From: an uncultured Cyclobacteriaceae bacterium
GTDB lineage: Bacteria > Bacteroidota > Bacteroidia > Cytophagales > Cyclobacteriaceae
Reading direction: 5' to 3'
DNA: 64,000 bases
Assembly (NCBI GenBank): GCA_965365275.1
Contig: CBDUBA010000012.1
Span: 986-64,985, forward strand
How positions within the stretch are numbered: the first letter of the stretch is position 1; every line of letters starts with the position of its first letter. Below the pieces are notes generated by a model that worked only from the letters and a program-made list of their open reading frames with translations, had not been told where the DNA came from and did no database searches. This document shows positions 9,669-18,288 of the stretch, piece by piece. The position numbers and the translations under genes are program-made.

Positions 9669-10676
9669 TTAAGGATACTTTTCCAGATCAAAAATATACA
9701 GACCACAACCCGCACCAGCTGCAGAACCTGATACTGACGCCTGAAACACTATCTTTTTTCCATCATCCCTAACGACAGGATTCGATGATCTGAATCCTTC
9801 GATTTCGCTGAAATAAGTTAATCTTTCATATACCGGTTTTTCAGCATCGAGCCTGAGTTTGTAAACATCAATATAAGCGGTCCCTTGAGGGTTATGCTTA
9901 TCGCATTCAATCAAAGTGTGAACGCCATCCGGGAATATTCCTTCAGGTTCATCATATTGTTCCGGAGCACTTGTATAATTAATGATTTCTCCTGTCAATA
10001 AATTATATCCCATTACTTCACTACTGAATACTCCTTTTGAGGTCTTGCCATATTGAGACCAAATCAATTCGTTTTCCTCTGGTGGCCTGAAATTCTGAGG
10101 TTCGAGGATATCTTCATATTTTATTCCATCCACAACAATATTCCGGTTGTCTATGATGAGTTTTTTATTAGTGATTCCTGGTATACCTTTCTCAGAATAC
10201 GCTATTTCACCAGTGTAAATAGTTTTATGATCCGGTGACCAGGCAATCTTCATGGACTTCCTGGATATCGCCGGACCTTCATTAATTTGCTCATCCGGGA
10301 TATTTATGGGAGGACCTGTCAGATCTTTATCCATAACTTGCATGTAAAGTGTATATCGTTCAGGGCCGCATGTAAATAAGAGATCACCATTCGACAGGCA
10401 CAAGACCCTGTAATAGCCATGTCCTTCCGGCCGGTAGAATGGTTTTGTTATTTTAACCGGATTTTTGGAATGTATATCCACCATCCATACATCTCCACCG
10501 GCACTATCCACAAAAAATACCTTTTCACCATCCAGAGACCATTCGGCTCTTTGCCCGAAACTGGTTAATGGTTCAATGTGGAGGGGAAGTTTGTCTTTGG
10601 GGAAACTACCTTCAGTAGATCTATAATCACAAGAAAGGATAATTAGGGTGAAAATGCTTAAAAAATATACTTTCAT
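9669..10676 (-). CDS. hypothetical lipoprotein, TolB/PD40-like beta-propeller
   Basis: 335 aa with a lipobox (LIILSC). It shows repeated strand-rich segments with W-S-P-D / F-x-S style blades (AWSPDHKTIY, EWSLDGEKVFF, DDGKKIVFQAS). It is co-oriented with and immediately upstream of the GHL10-like gene. Confidence 0.6.
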   Translation of the reverse strand: MKVYFLSIFTLIILSCDYRSTEGSFPKDKLPLHIEPLTSFGQRAEWSLDGEKVFFVDSAGGDVWMVDIHSKNPVKITKPFYRPEGHGYYRVLCLSNGDLLFTCGPERYTLYMQVMDKDLTGPPINIPDEQINEGPAISRKSMKIAWSPDHKTIYTGEIAYSEKGIPGITNKKLIIDNRNIVVDGIKYEDILEPQNFRPPEENELIWSQYGKTSKGVFSSEVMGYNLLTGEIINYTSAPEQYDEPEGIFPDGVHTLIECDKHNPQGTAYIDVYKLRLDAEKPVYERLTYFSEIEGFRSSNPVVRDDGKKIVFQASVSGSAAGAGCGLYIFDLEKYP

Positions 10677-11026
10677 GAAAATAATATTTATAAAAAAAGA
10701 TAAATAATTATGTTATCACTATTTTATTGCTTTGAAAAACCATCTATTAGCGTTTCATAAAAGCAGGATTATTTGGAAAATATCATTCAGGAAATAAAAA
10801 TAATGAATTATAATCCAATTTACTTTTTTAGAGACCATATTGAAATGTATTTATATTATATAATAGATATTAAAACGAATTTCTTTGCCATGATAATAGC
10901 TTGGATAATTAGAATTGAAATTTTATCTTTTGAGAAGCAATAGTAATGTTTATAACCTCAATAGTTGAATCAAAAGTATTGGATGAAATCATAATTTAGC
11001 TTAATTATAAAAGAAAGGATTATCAA

Positions 11027-11716
11027 ATGTCAAAAATAGCATTCATAACAGGTGCCACTGGAAATTTAGGCAAAGCAGTTACCCGAAAAATGATTGATTC
11101 AGGATTTACAGTCATTGGAACCACTGAGCCCGGAAAAGATGTGTCCTCCGAGGATGAACAAGTGACATATAGAGTGGTGGATCTTACAGATCCTGAGGCG
11201 ACTGATACACTGATTCAGGAAGTTGTTTCACGTTATGGTAAGATTGATGCAGTCATCTGCCTTGTAGGTGGATTTGATATGGCTACCATATCAGAGTCTT
11301 CTCAGAATGCTTTGCAGAAAATGATCAACCTGAATTTTTTTACTGCATTTAACGTTGTTCAGCCAGTTCTCAGAATTTTATCTGATGGGGAAAAAAGAAA
11401 AAGCATTGTACTGGTAGGTGCTAAACCGGTTTTTGAACCAAAAATTGCCAAAACGGTTTTCCCTTATGCATTATCCAAATCAATGGTGATCAAGATGGCA
11501 GAAGTAATCAATGCCGGTTCACATCTGAATAATACAACTGCAACAGTTATTGTCCCCAGCATAATCGATACACCTCCCAACCGGGAAGCCATGTCGGATG
11601 CTGATTTCTCGGATTGGGTGTCCCCAGAAAGCATAGCTGATAAAATTGCATTCATCTGTGGGGAAGGAGGGAAGGACCTTAGGGAAACCGTATTAAAGAT
11701 CTATGGAAATTCCTGA
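11027..11716 (+). CDS. SDR family NAD(P)-dependent oxidoreductase
   Basis: TGATGNLG cofactor motif at the N-terminus and a catalytic YxxxK (YALSK). The 229-aa length fits the family. Confidence 0.9.
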   Translation: MSKIAFITGATGNLGKAVTRKMIDSGFTVIGTTEPGKDVSSEDEQVTYRVVDLTDPEATDTLIQEVVSRYGKIDAVICLVGGFDMATISESSQNALQKMINLNFFTAFNVVQPVLRILSDGEKRKSIVLVGAKPVFEPKIAKTVFPYALSKSMVIKMAEVINAGSHLNNTTATVIVPSIIDTPPNREAMSDADFSDWVSPESIADKIAFICGEGGKDLRETVLKIYGNS

Positions 11717-11766
11717 ATTTACCTTTAAAAATTCGTTGAATATATCAGATTCCCTGAAATGAGTAT

Positions 11767-11791
11767 AAAAAAAATCCCGCCTAAGCGGGAT
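11767..11791 (-). terminator. rho-independent terminator for the 11818..12687 gene
   Basis: atcccgc-ctaa-gcgggat is a perfect 7-bp stem. The A8 run on the + strand gives a U-run after the hairpin on the - strand transcript. Confidence 0.75.
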
Positions 11792-11817
11792 CTAAAACTT
11801 GTTATATAGCCATGCAT

Positions 11818-12687
11818 TTAATTAAAGCCTATTTTCTTAAGTCCATCGTGACTGATTTTTATGGCTTCGACAGGTTTCATCCCATCAAAGGTCCGGTCCT
11901 GTTCTACAATATAGTATTTCATACCCGCAAGGTCTTTTTTACTAAGAATTCGTTCAAAATCAATTGATCCGGTTCCGACAGGCGCAAATCTGCCCTGGTC
12001 ATCCATGTCTTTCACATGCCAGATCTTAAATCGACCGGGGTATTTTTCAAAATACGCGACTGGATCAGCGCCGGCTTTAATTACCCAATACAGATCCATC
12101 TGAAAATTGACATGTTCAGGGTTCAGGTTCTCCAACATATAATCCATGGGGACAATCCCTCCATCGATTTCTTCATATTCAAAATTATGGTTGTGATAAA
12201 GAAATTCCAGACCTGCGTTTTTACATTTTTGCCCCAACGTATTCAATACCATGATCATTGAATCCAGGTCTCCTATCAATACGAGGCCCCCGGCTTCCCG
12301 GTCAAATTTAAAAAAACCTCTTGGTGGTATTGGAGCTACAAAATACTTAAATCCTGCTGCCTTTACATCGGCTATTAGTTGATCTGCATTTTCAGGAGTT
12401 GCCATCCCCATATGGATGCTTAAAGGAACCAATCCCAGATCATCCAATTGATTTTTAAACTCATCAGGGGTCATGCCATAAAATTTACCATCCCTGTAAT
12501 CTGTAGCTTCTATATATTTATAGCCCACTTCTGCTACTTTTTTTAGTGTCTCCTGTGGGTTCTCTTTCATTTCCTCCCGCACAGTATAAAGTGTTGCCCC
12601 ACCAAAACGATCCTGTGAAATTCCATATTGGCTTTTAGCCATAAAGGTGACAACCATGATTAATGTCAAATAAAAAAACCTTTTCAT
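11818..12687 (-). CDS. exported sugar phosphate isomerase/epimerase-family protein (xylose isomerase-like TIM barrel)
   Basis: 289 aa with a Sec signal (MKRFFYLTLIMVVTFMAKSQ). It has the AP_endonuc_2/xylose-isomerase-like pattern (YKYIE..., LYHNHNFEY, FQMDLYW, WHVKD). It lies 30 nt downstream of the TAT oxidoreductase. Confidence 0.85.
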   Translation of the reverse strand: MKRFFYLTLIMVVTFMAKSQYGISQDRFGGATLYTVREEMKENPQETLKKVAEVGYKYIEATDYRDGKFYGMTPDEFKNQLDDLGLVPLSIHMGMATPENADQLIADVKAAGFKYFVAPIPPRGFFKFDREAGGLVLIGDLDSMIMVLNTLGQKCKNAGLEFLYHNHNFEYEEIDGGIVPMDYMLENLNPEHVNFQMDLYWVIKAGADPVAYFEKYPGRFKIWHVKDMDDQGRFAPVGTGSIDFERILSKKDLAGMKYYIVEQDRTFDGMKPVEAIKISHDGLKKIGFN

Positions 12688-12717
12688 AATACAATATTTA
12701 GATTAATGTAAACAAAA

Positions 12718-14205
12718 TTAGAGCTTCCAGCCTTCCCGATACTCATAATGGAAGTATGCGTTGGCTTCCTCACAATTGGTAATTTTCATATTTTCAGCAT
12801 CGTATTCCAGCGTCCTGTTAACTTGCTGCGCAGCTACTGCAATATTTGTCAGCAACATGATTTCTGTCAGTTTCGATGCAATTTCAAAATCATTAGCCGC
12901 TTTACGCCCTTCCTTAATGGCCTCTATAAAATCAACGTACACACTACTGGGACGATTGAGCCATTTTTCAGGAGGCGTGAAATCAGGATCTTCCGGGATT
13001 AATTCCGGCATTGCTCCATGGGTACCATGCATGATCATTCCTTTATCACCAATATATAATGCCTCTCTCAGAGAGCGGTCAGCTTCCAGTTCAGCTGGCC
13101 GGAATGGCTTGATGCCTCCATCAGTCCAGGTTACCTTTACAGGTGGTTTATCTCCTCTTGCCGGAAACTCATACATTACATTTTCTGATTGAGGAAGGTA
13201 ATCCTCGGTGTATGGAGAGGTGGTGGCCTGGATTTTGGTTGGCATACCCAGTTCCAGAGCCCAGATGGGTGCATCGAAAGTATGTGCACCCATGTCGCCC
13301 ATGGCGCCAGTTCCATAATCCCAGAGTCCGCGCCATGCAAAATGAGTGGTTTCGGGATTATAGGGTTTCTCAGGTGCAGGTCCCAGCCAGAGGTCATAAT
13401 TCAGGTTTTTTGGAACTTCAACACCCGAAGGCCGTGTAAGAGGCCCCTGCGCCCATACCGGACGATTAGACCACATATGTACTTCCGTTACGTTGCCAAT
13501 TGCCCCTGACTGGATCAATTCTACAGTGGCCATGGTTCCTTCAATATTGTGTCCCTGGTTTCCCATCTGGGTTACTAATCCGGTCTTTTTAGCCAATTCT
13601 TTCAGGAATCTGACTTCATGTATGGTTTTCGCCATTGGTTTCTCGACAAATACATGCTTCCCGGCATTTAATGCATAGGCAGCAATTACGGCATGGAGAT
13701 GATCAGGAGTACCGATGACCACGGCATCAAGTTCCTTCTCCTTATCTATCATTTTTCTGAAATCATCATATACCTTTGCCTTGGGATAACCTGCAAAAAC
13801 ATGGCCGGCGTATTCGGAATCCACATCACATAATGCATAAATATTGGCATGTTTAAATGTTTCCGGGCCTCCGGCTTCACCCATCTGATTGGCATTATCG
13901 CTGGCCCTTCTTGTCGGCCTGGGTGGTCTTATACCCGGATACCTGTACCACTTGAGCCCGGGCAGTCCCATGCCGCGTTTGATAGGGACATCCGGAGTTG
14001 CTATGTTCTGAATATCGCTGCCACCCTGGTTTCCCAATCCGATCCCTGCCACGTTCACCATATCACTTGGGGCAGTGTATCCAACGCCACCAAGAACATT
14101 TCTCGGGATAATGGTATACACAGCTGCAACAGTAGCAGAATTACTAATAAAGTTTCTCCTGGAGATTCCTTTAGAAGGTGTCTTCCTTGTTTTTTTAGAA
14201 TCCAT
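12718..14205 (-). CDS. Gfo/Idh/MocA family oxidoreductase with a twin-arginine export signal and an inserted loop
   Basis: It has a TAT motif (GISRRNFISNSATVAAV), a Rossmann start (VNVAGIGLGNQGG) and an EKP motif (VFVEKPMAKT). About 50 extra P/R/G-rich residues separate the GxGxxG from the ALCDVD strand, compared with the paralog at 5116..6399. Confidence 0.9.
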   Translation of the reverse strand: MDSKKTRKTPSKGISRRNFISNSATVAAVYTIIPRNVLGGVGYTAPSDMVNVAGIGLGNQGGSDIQNIATPDVPIKRGMGLPGLKWYRYPGIRPPRPTRRASDNANQMGEAGGPETFKHANIYALCDVDSEYAGHVFAGYPKAKVYDDFRKMIDKEKELDAVVIGTPDHLHAVIAAYALNAGKHVFVEKPMAKTIHEVRFLKELAKKTGLVTQMGNQGHNIEGTMATVELIQSGAIGNVTEVHMWSNRPVWAQGPLTRPSGVEVPKNLNYDLWLGPAPEKPYNPETTHFAWRGLWDYGTGAMGDMGAHTFDAPIWALELGMPTKIQATTSPYTEDYLPQSENVMYEFPARGDKPPVKVTWTDGGIKPFRPAELEADRSLREALYIGDKGMIMHGTHGAMPELIPEDPDFTPPEKWLNRPSSVYVDFIEAIKEGRKAANDFEIASKLTEIMLLTNIAVAAQQVNRTLEYDAENMKITNCEEANAYFHYEYREGWKL

Positions 14206-14379
14206 AAGATTTGAATTTTATTTCTTTAATAGGCACTATTTTCGAAATCAGTTGGGCATGAGATTATATATTGCATACTGCTTTAAAAGTTAATCTCCAG
14301 GTAAATTTTGCTTAAAAAAATAAATATCCCAAATTTAATTGAGTATTTTTTACTCATATACTATATTTATATCAATATT

Positions 14380-15165
14380 ATGGTAGAATTTATGGAGAAT
14401 TCGAATGAAGAAAATCTAGATCTAGTACAGGATGCGATTCTGAGATCGGTTCCTCAGTTATCGATCAATACGGTAATATTCAGATTTCATGATCAACAAT
14501 TGCAATTTGCAGCAGTAAAATTGATCAATGGAAATTTATGGTATATTCCGGGTGGGTATGTCTATCAGGATGAAAGTATTGACGAGGCCGCCAAACGGAA
14601 TCTATATGAGCAAACGTTGATAGATAATCTGATTTTATATCAATTTGGATCTTTTGGTTCGAGCGAACGCAAAATGAAAACAGATATTGATGAAATACAA
14701 CAATTGGGGCTTTCTCAGGAATATCTGGATTGGATAGGGCAGAGGTTTGTAACAATAGCCTATTACAGCGTTATTGCCGACCCTGATGCTAAAATCAAGG
14801 AAGGTTCCATGTATAGCAGTGGCAAATGGTTGAATATTGATAATAAATATAAATTTGCCATGGATCATGGCGAAATTGTAGCCGAAGCCCGAAAAGCCCT
14901 GGCCAGGGATCTGCTTAGCCGTCCAATTTTGTCGAGCTTTTTACCTGCTGAATTTACCATTCCAGAACTACAGAAGCTTTATGAAGCCATATTGGGAAGA
15001 CCCGTGGATCGTGGAAATTTCCGCAAACGCATATTAAAACTGGATATAATTGCAAAGACTGGAGAAGTAAAAGGAAATACAGGTCAACGTCCGCCGGAAT
15101 TATACCGGTTGAATAAAACAAATTATCTGAATTCCCTGACGGAGGATGTAAAGCTCGGGTTTTAA
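14380..15165 (+). CDS. Nudix-related transcriptional regulator (NrtR/AraR type)
   Basis: It has a degenerate Nudix box (GGYVYQDESIDEAAKRNLYEQTL, with RE>RN, EE>EQ and G>L). The C-terminal winged-helix segment is typical of NrtR (FTIPELQKLYEAILGRPVDRGNFRKRILKL). I moved the start to the first ATG (14380), because the TTG at 14308 adds an implausible AT-rich N-terminus. Confidence 0.8.
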   Translation: MVEFMENSNEENLDLVQDAILRSVPQLSINTVIFRFHDQQLQFAAVKLINGNLWYIPGGYVYQDESIDEAAKRNLYEQTLIDNLILYQFGSFGSSERKMKTDIDEIQQLGLSQEYLDWIGQRFVTIAYYSVIADPDAKIKEGSMYSSGKWLNIDNKYKFAMDHGEIVAEARKALARDLLSRPILSSFLPAEFTIPELQKLYEAILGRPVDRGNFRKRILKLDIIAKTGEVKGNTGQRPPELYRLNKTNYLNSLTEDVKLGF

Positions 15166-15316
15166 AAATTATTCAGAGAGATTACAACTTTGGACAATTG
15201 GAAAGTAATCTATAGATGGAGAATACCTTTTCCATGCGGTGGCTTAAATAGTGTCCGATTGCTGGCTATAGTTTCTTTTTAATTACTAATTTTAGTGATT
15301 AAAATAGAAAGACGCA

Positions 15317-16417
15317 ATGCAGAATAATACCATTAAAAATTCATTGCTGTTAAAAATTACAGCTGTTTTGGTAAGCTCAACAATTGCCATCGCCATCATG
15401 ATTATCGGAAAATCGTTTTTAATACCACTTGCCTGGAGTCTGGTGATAGCGCTTGCCTCTTTCCAGATCTTAACCAGGATCGAAAGAAAATATCATATAA
15501 AACGATTGATATCATCACTGGTATTTGTTGGATTGGTTTTTCTATTCATCATCATTTTATTTTACTTTTTTTCGCGTGAGATTGCCTCTATCATCAAAGG
15601 AATTCCATCCTTAAGTGAAAAGCTGATCCTGACAACTCAAAATATCATCCATATCTTTGAAGGATATGGCATTAACATCCCAATGATCGATCAATCTCAA
15701 ATACACAGTTGGATTGCCGGCCATTCTGACGTTATTATCAAAGCACTGGCATCATTTGGTAAAAGTATAGGCAATATTTTTCTTGTGGGAGTCTATCTGT
15801 TTTTCATTTTATACTACAGGGATAATTACCTCTATTTTATGAGGCTTCGGGAAAAGACAGATGATGGATTTGCTTTTGCAAAAAAAAGAAGTAAGGAAGT
15901 AATTGGCATTATCAATAACTTCCTGTATGGTCTTTTTGTCACTACACTAATATTGGCCGTAATGTTGTATATTATCTTTCTGCTGATCGGCTTACAATAT
16001 GCTTTGTTCTTCGCATTTTTTGTGGCCCTGCTTACACTTATACCATACCTTGGAGGTCCCCTGGGAATGGCGATTGTTTTTATATTCGCCTCCATTTCCA
16101 ATGATGGATTAATGGTGCCATTATTGGCATTGGCGGGGATAATTATCTCCAATGCCATAAAAAGCAATGTTGTAAAGCCTGTTGTTATCGGTAATAAAAT
16201 CAACCTGAATGCATTTATGATATTTTTAGCTGTGATAACCGGTGGGATGATATGGGGTGTCTCAGGCATGATTTTATTTATGCCTTTTGCGGGAATAGCC
16301 AAAGTATTATTGGAGTACAATGAAGGTACGAGGCCTTTGGTAGCACTTTTCACCATCCTGCCAAAGGATGCATTAAAGCAACCGGAACATTCAAAAACGG
16401 ATAAGAATACAGAATAA
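15317..16417 (+). CDS. AI-2E family transporter (PerM/UPF0118)
   Basis: 366 aa and polytopic. The conserved C-terminal region is typical of the family (LTLIPYLGGPLG...NVVKPVVIGNKINLNAF...GGMIWGVSGMILFMP). Confidence 0.85.
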   Translation: MQNNTIKNSLLLKITAVLVSSTIAIAIMIIGKSFLIPLAWSLVIALASFQILTRIERKYHIKRLISSLVFVGLVFLFIIILFYFFSREIASIIKGIPSLSEKLILTTQNIIHIFEGYGINIPMIDQSQIHSWIAGHSDVIIKALASFGKSIGNIFLVGVYLFFILYYRDNYLYFMRLREKTDDGFAFAKKRSKEVIGIINNFLYGLFVTTLILAVMLYIIFLLIGLQYALFFAFFVALLTLIPYLGGPLGMAIVFIFASISNDGLMVPLLALAGIIISNAIKSNVVKPVVIGNKINLNAFMIFLAVITGGMIWGVSGMILFMPFAGIAKVLLEYNEGTRPLVALFTILPKDALKQPEHSKTDKNTE

Positions 16418-16523
16418 TACCCATCATTTCTCTATTTTGAACAAGAACGGATGAAATAAGCGATCTTAAAAAGACCAATCCGCTTTGGATTTATTCTCTA
16501 TCACTTGTCCATATTTGTTCAGA

Positions 16524-17969
16524 TCATAGGAAAGATGAAATCAACCTGGCGATGGCATAGGTCAATCTTTTGATTATGTTGCTTTTATCCCACGCTTCAT
16601 TTGAAATTTCATGGCATTCTTTCAAATCCTCAAGAAATACGCTTTCCAATTTTTCAGCAAACTTCATCCCATAGATCACCGACATAATCTCAAAATTCAG
16701 ATCAAAACTTCTTATATCCATATTGGCTGTGCCTACCACGCTCAACCTCGAATCTGCGACAACGGTTTTGGCATGTACAAAACCTTTGCTGTATAGGAAT
16801 ATCCTGACACCTGCATTCAACAATTCCTTGAAATAAAACCTCGATGCAGCACCTACAATCGCTGAATCCGATTTTTCCGGTAACATTAACCTGACGTCCA
16901 CTCCGGATATAGCAGCCTGACATAAAGCATTTTGGATGCTTTCACTGGGTATGAAATATGGATTGGTCACATAAAGGCTTTCTCTTGCTAAGGAAAAAAT
17001 GCGCATATAGCTCAGCATGATATTGGATTTTGGATAAATAGGGCCTCCCGCCACCACCTGGCCGATAGCGGGAATATCCTCTTGTGTTTTTAGTGTTGCC
17101 TTAGGGAATAATGAGTTGCTGAAGGAGAGGGCATCATTCGCACTGGTATTCCAACTGACAATAAAATGACGCTGCAGACTGTTTACAAGAGGGCCAGTGA
17201 TTTTCATATGGGTATCGCGCCAGTAAAGACCAGTATCAATGGAATTGTCATACCTGTCTGAGACATTTATTCCACCAACAAAACCGTAATTTCCGTCTAC
17301 TATGATGATCTTCCGATGATCGCGGTGATTAACTCGGTTAGCAAACTGCTTTAATTTCACTTTAATTTTTGGATAAATATCTACACCTCCCTGCTTTAAC
17401 TCTTTTACAATATTTCGTTTAATTTTTCTGCTGGCGTAATCGTCATATAGTATCCTCACTTTGACTCCTTCTTCCACCTTTTTTAATAGAATATCTTTGA
17501 TCTGATTCCCGCGCGTATCATTTTCCCAGTCGTAATACTCCATATGAATAAAATGATTGGCCTTCTCCAGTGTACTTAGCACTTCTGGAAATTTCTCTTC
17601 TCCATTCACCAATAGTTTAAATTGTCCTGGAACTAAATGTTCATTACTTAATCCTGCCAGAAATTGAACCATCGGCAAGAAATGTGCTATCTCATCCCGA
17701 TGAGTTTCTGCGAGATTTCCAGTTTCATCCTTGATTTCCCTTTGGAAAGGCTCGTCAAGCGTGTTTTGTGCCTTTGCGCCTTTTGAGCTCAATTGGTGAT
17801 GCCGGTAATTTATACCGAAGGAGAAATAGATTAGAATCCCAAAAACCGGAAACAGAAATACAAGAAGCAAATACGCTAATGTTTTAGGGGTGGATTCTGT
17901 GTCCAGAAGGATTCTGATTGCGGTGTAAAGCAATACTAAAATGTAGGCGACTAATATTGTTATCTGCAT
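16524..17969 (-). CDS. cls: cardiolipin synthase
   Basis: It has two N-terminal TM helices and two PLD HKD motifs (HRKIIIVDG and HAKTVVAD). The 481-aa length fits. Confidence 0.9.
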   Translation of the reverse strand: MQITILVAYILVLLYTAIRILLDTESTPKTLAYLLLVFLFPVFGILIYFSFGINYRHHQLSSKGAKAQNTLDEPFQREIKDETGNLAETHRDEIAHFLPMVQFLAGLSNEHLVPGQFKLLVNGEEKFPEVLSTLEKANHFIHMEYYDWENDTRGNQIKDILLKKVEEGVKVRILYDDYASRKIKRNIVKELKQGGVDIYPKIKVKLKQFANRVNHRDHRKIIIVDGNYGFVGGINVSDRYDNSIDTGLYWRDTHMKITGPLVNSLQRHFIVSWNTSANDALSFSNSLFPKATLKTQEDIPAIGQVVAGGPIYPKSNIMLSYMRIFSLARESLYVTNPYFIPSESIQNALCQAAISGVDVRLMLPEKSDSAIVGAASRFYFKELLNAGVRIFLYSKGFVHAKTVVADSRLSVVGTANMDIRSFDLNFEIMSVIYGMKFAEKLESVFLEDLKECHEISNEAWDKSNIIKRLTYAIARLISSFL

Positions 17970-18220
17970 GGATGGTTCTTTTATTTAGGTGATTACTAAA
18001 ACTTATATTTAGGCTCTAATACATTATAAATTAAATCAAAAATAATAATAAACATCCTAACCACACTTTGTTGGTTTGAATTTTAGTTTTCACCAACACC
18101 GTAAAGAATCCAACGATCAGTTATATAACCGATCTTATGTATAAATACTCCTTAAACTCGTATTACTGCAAATCTCAGGAAATTGTTATATAATTTACAT
18201 TATGTTAAGTAAGATGCCTG

Positions 18221-18250
18221 AAAATAAAGACGGCCCTTGATGTCGGGCCG
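18221..18250 (-). terminator. rho-independent terminator after the TPR gene at the end of the gyrA string
   Basis: cggccc-ttgatgtc-gggccg is a 6-bp GC stem. It is followed on the - strand by a T-rich tract (complement of aaaataaaga) and lies 40 nt past the stop at 18289. Confidence 0.75.
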
Positions 18251-18288
18251 CCATAATATATTTTATCTCCCCTATTTTCTGGTAAATA

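Noticed and set aside
10677-11026. 350-nt AT-rich gene-free region between divergent genes
   Set aside because: I read it for repeats, hairpins, small ORFs and RNA motifs and found nothing beyond AT-rich promoter-like sequence.
12748-14293. Cluster of + strand ORFs (84-143 aa) opposite the 495-aa oxidoreductase, with locally higher GC (about 45-50% by hand count on two lines) suggesting horizontal transfer
   Set aside because: The antisense ORFs have no recognisable motifs and arise because higher GC removes stop codons. Comparable GC is seen in other conserved genes here (gyrA, thrS), so the shift is consistent with conserved coding sequence rather than foreign DNA. No mobility genes flank it.
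14308-14379. TTG start given in the track for the Nudix-type regulator
   Set aside because: It adds 24 residues of AT-rich, Ile/Tyr/Leu-dominated sequence (MLKKINIPNLIEYFLLIYYIYINI) that looks like translated promoter DNA and covers the candidate operator. The ATG at 14380 is preferred.
15832-16356. 174-aa antisense ORF inside the AI-2E transporter gene
   Set aside because: It is the shadow of a hydrophobic membrane-protein frame. The sense frame has clear family motifs.
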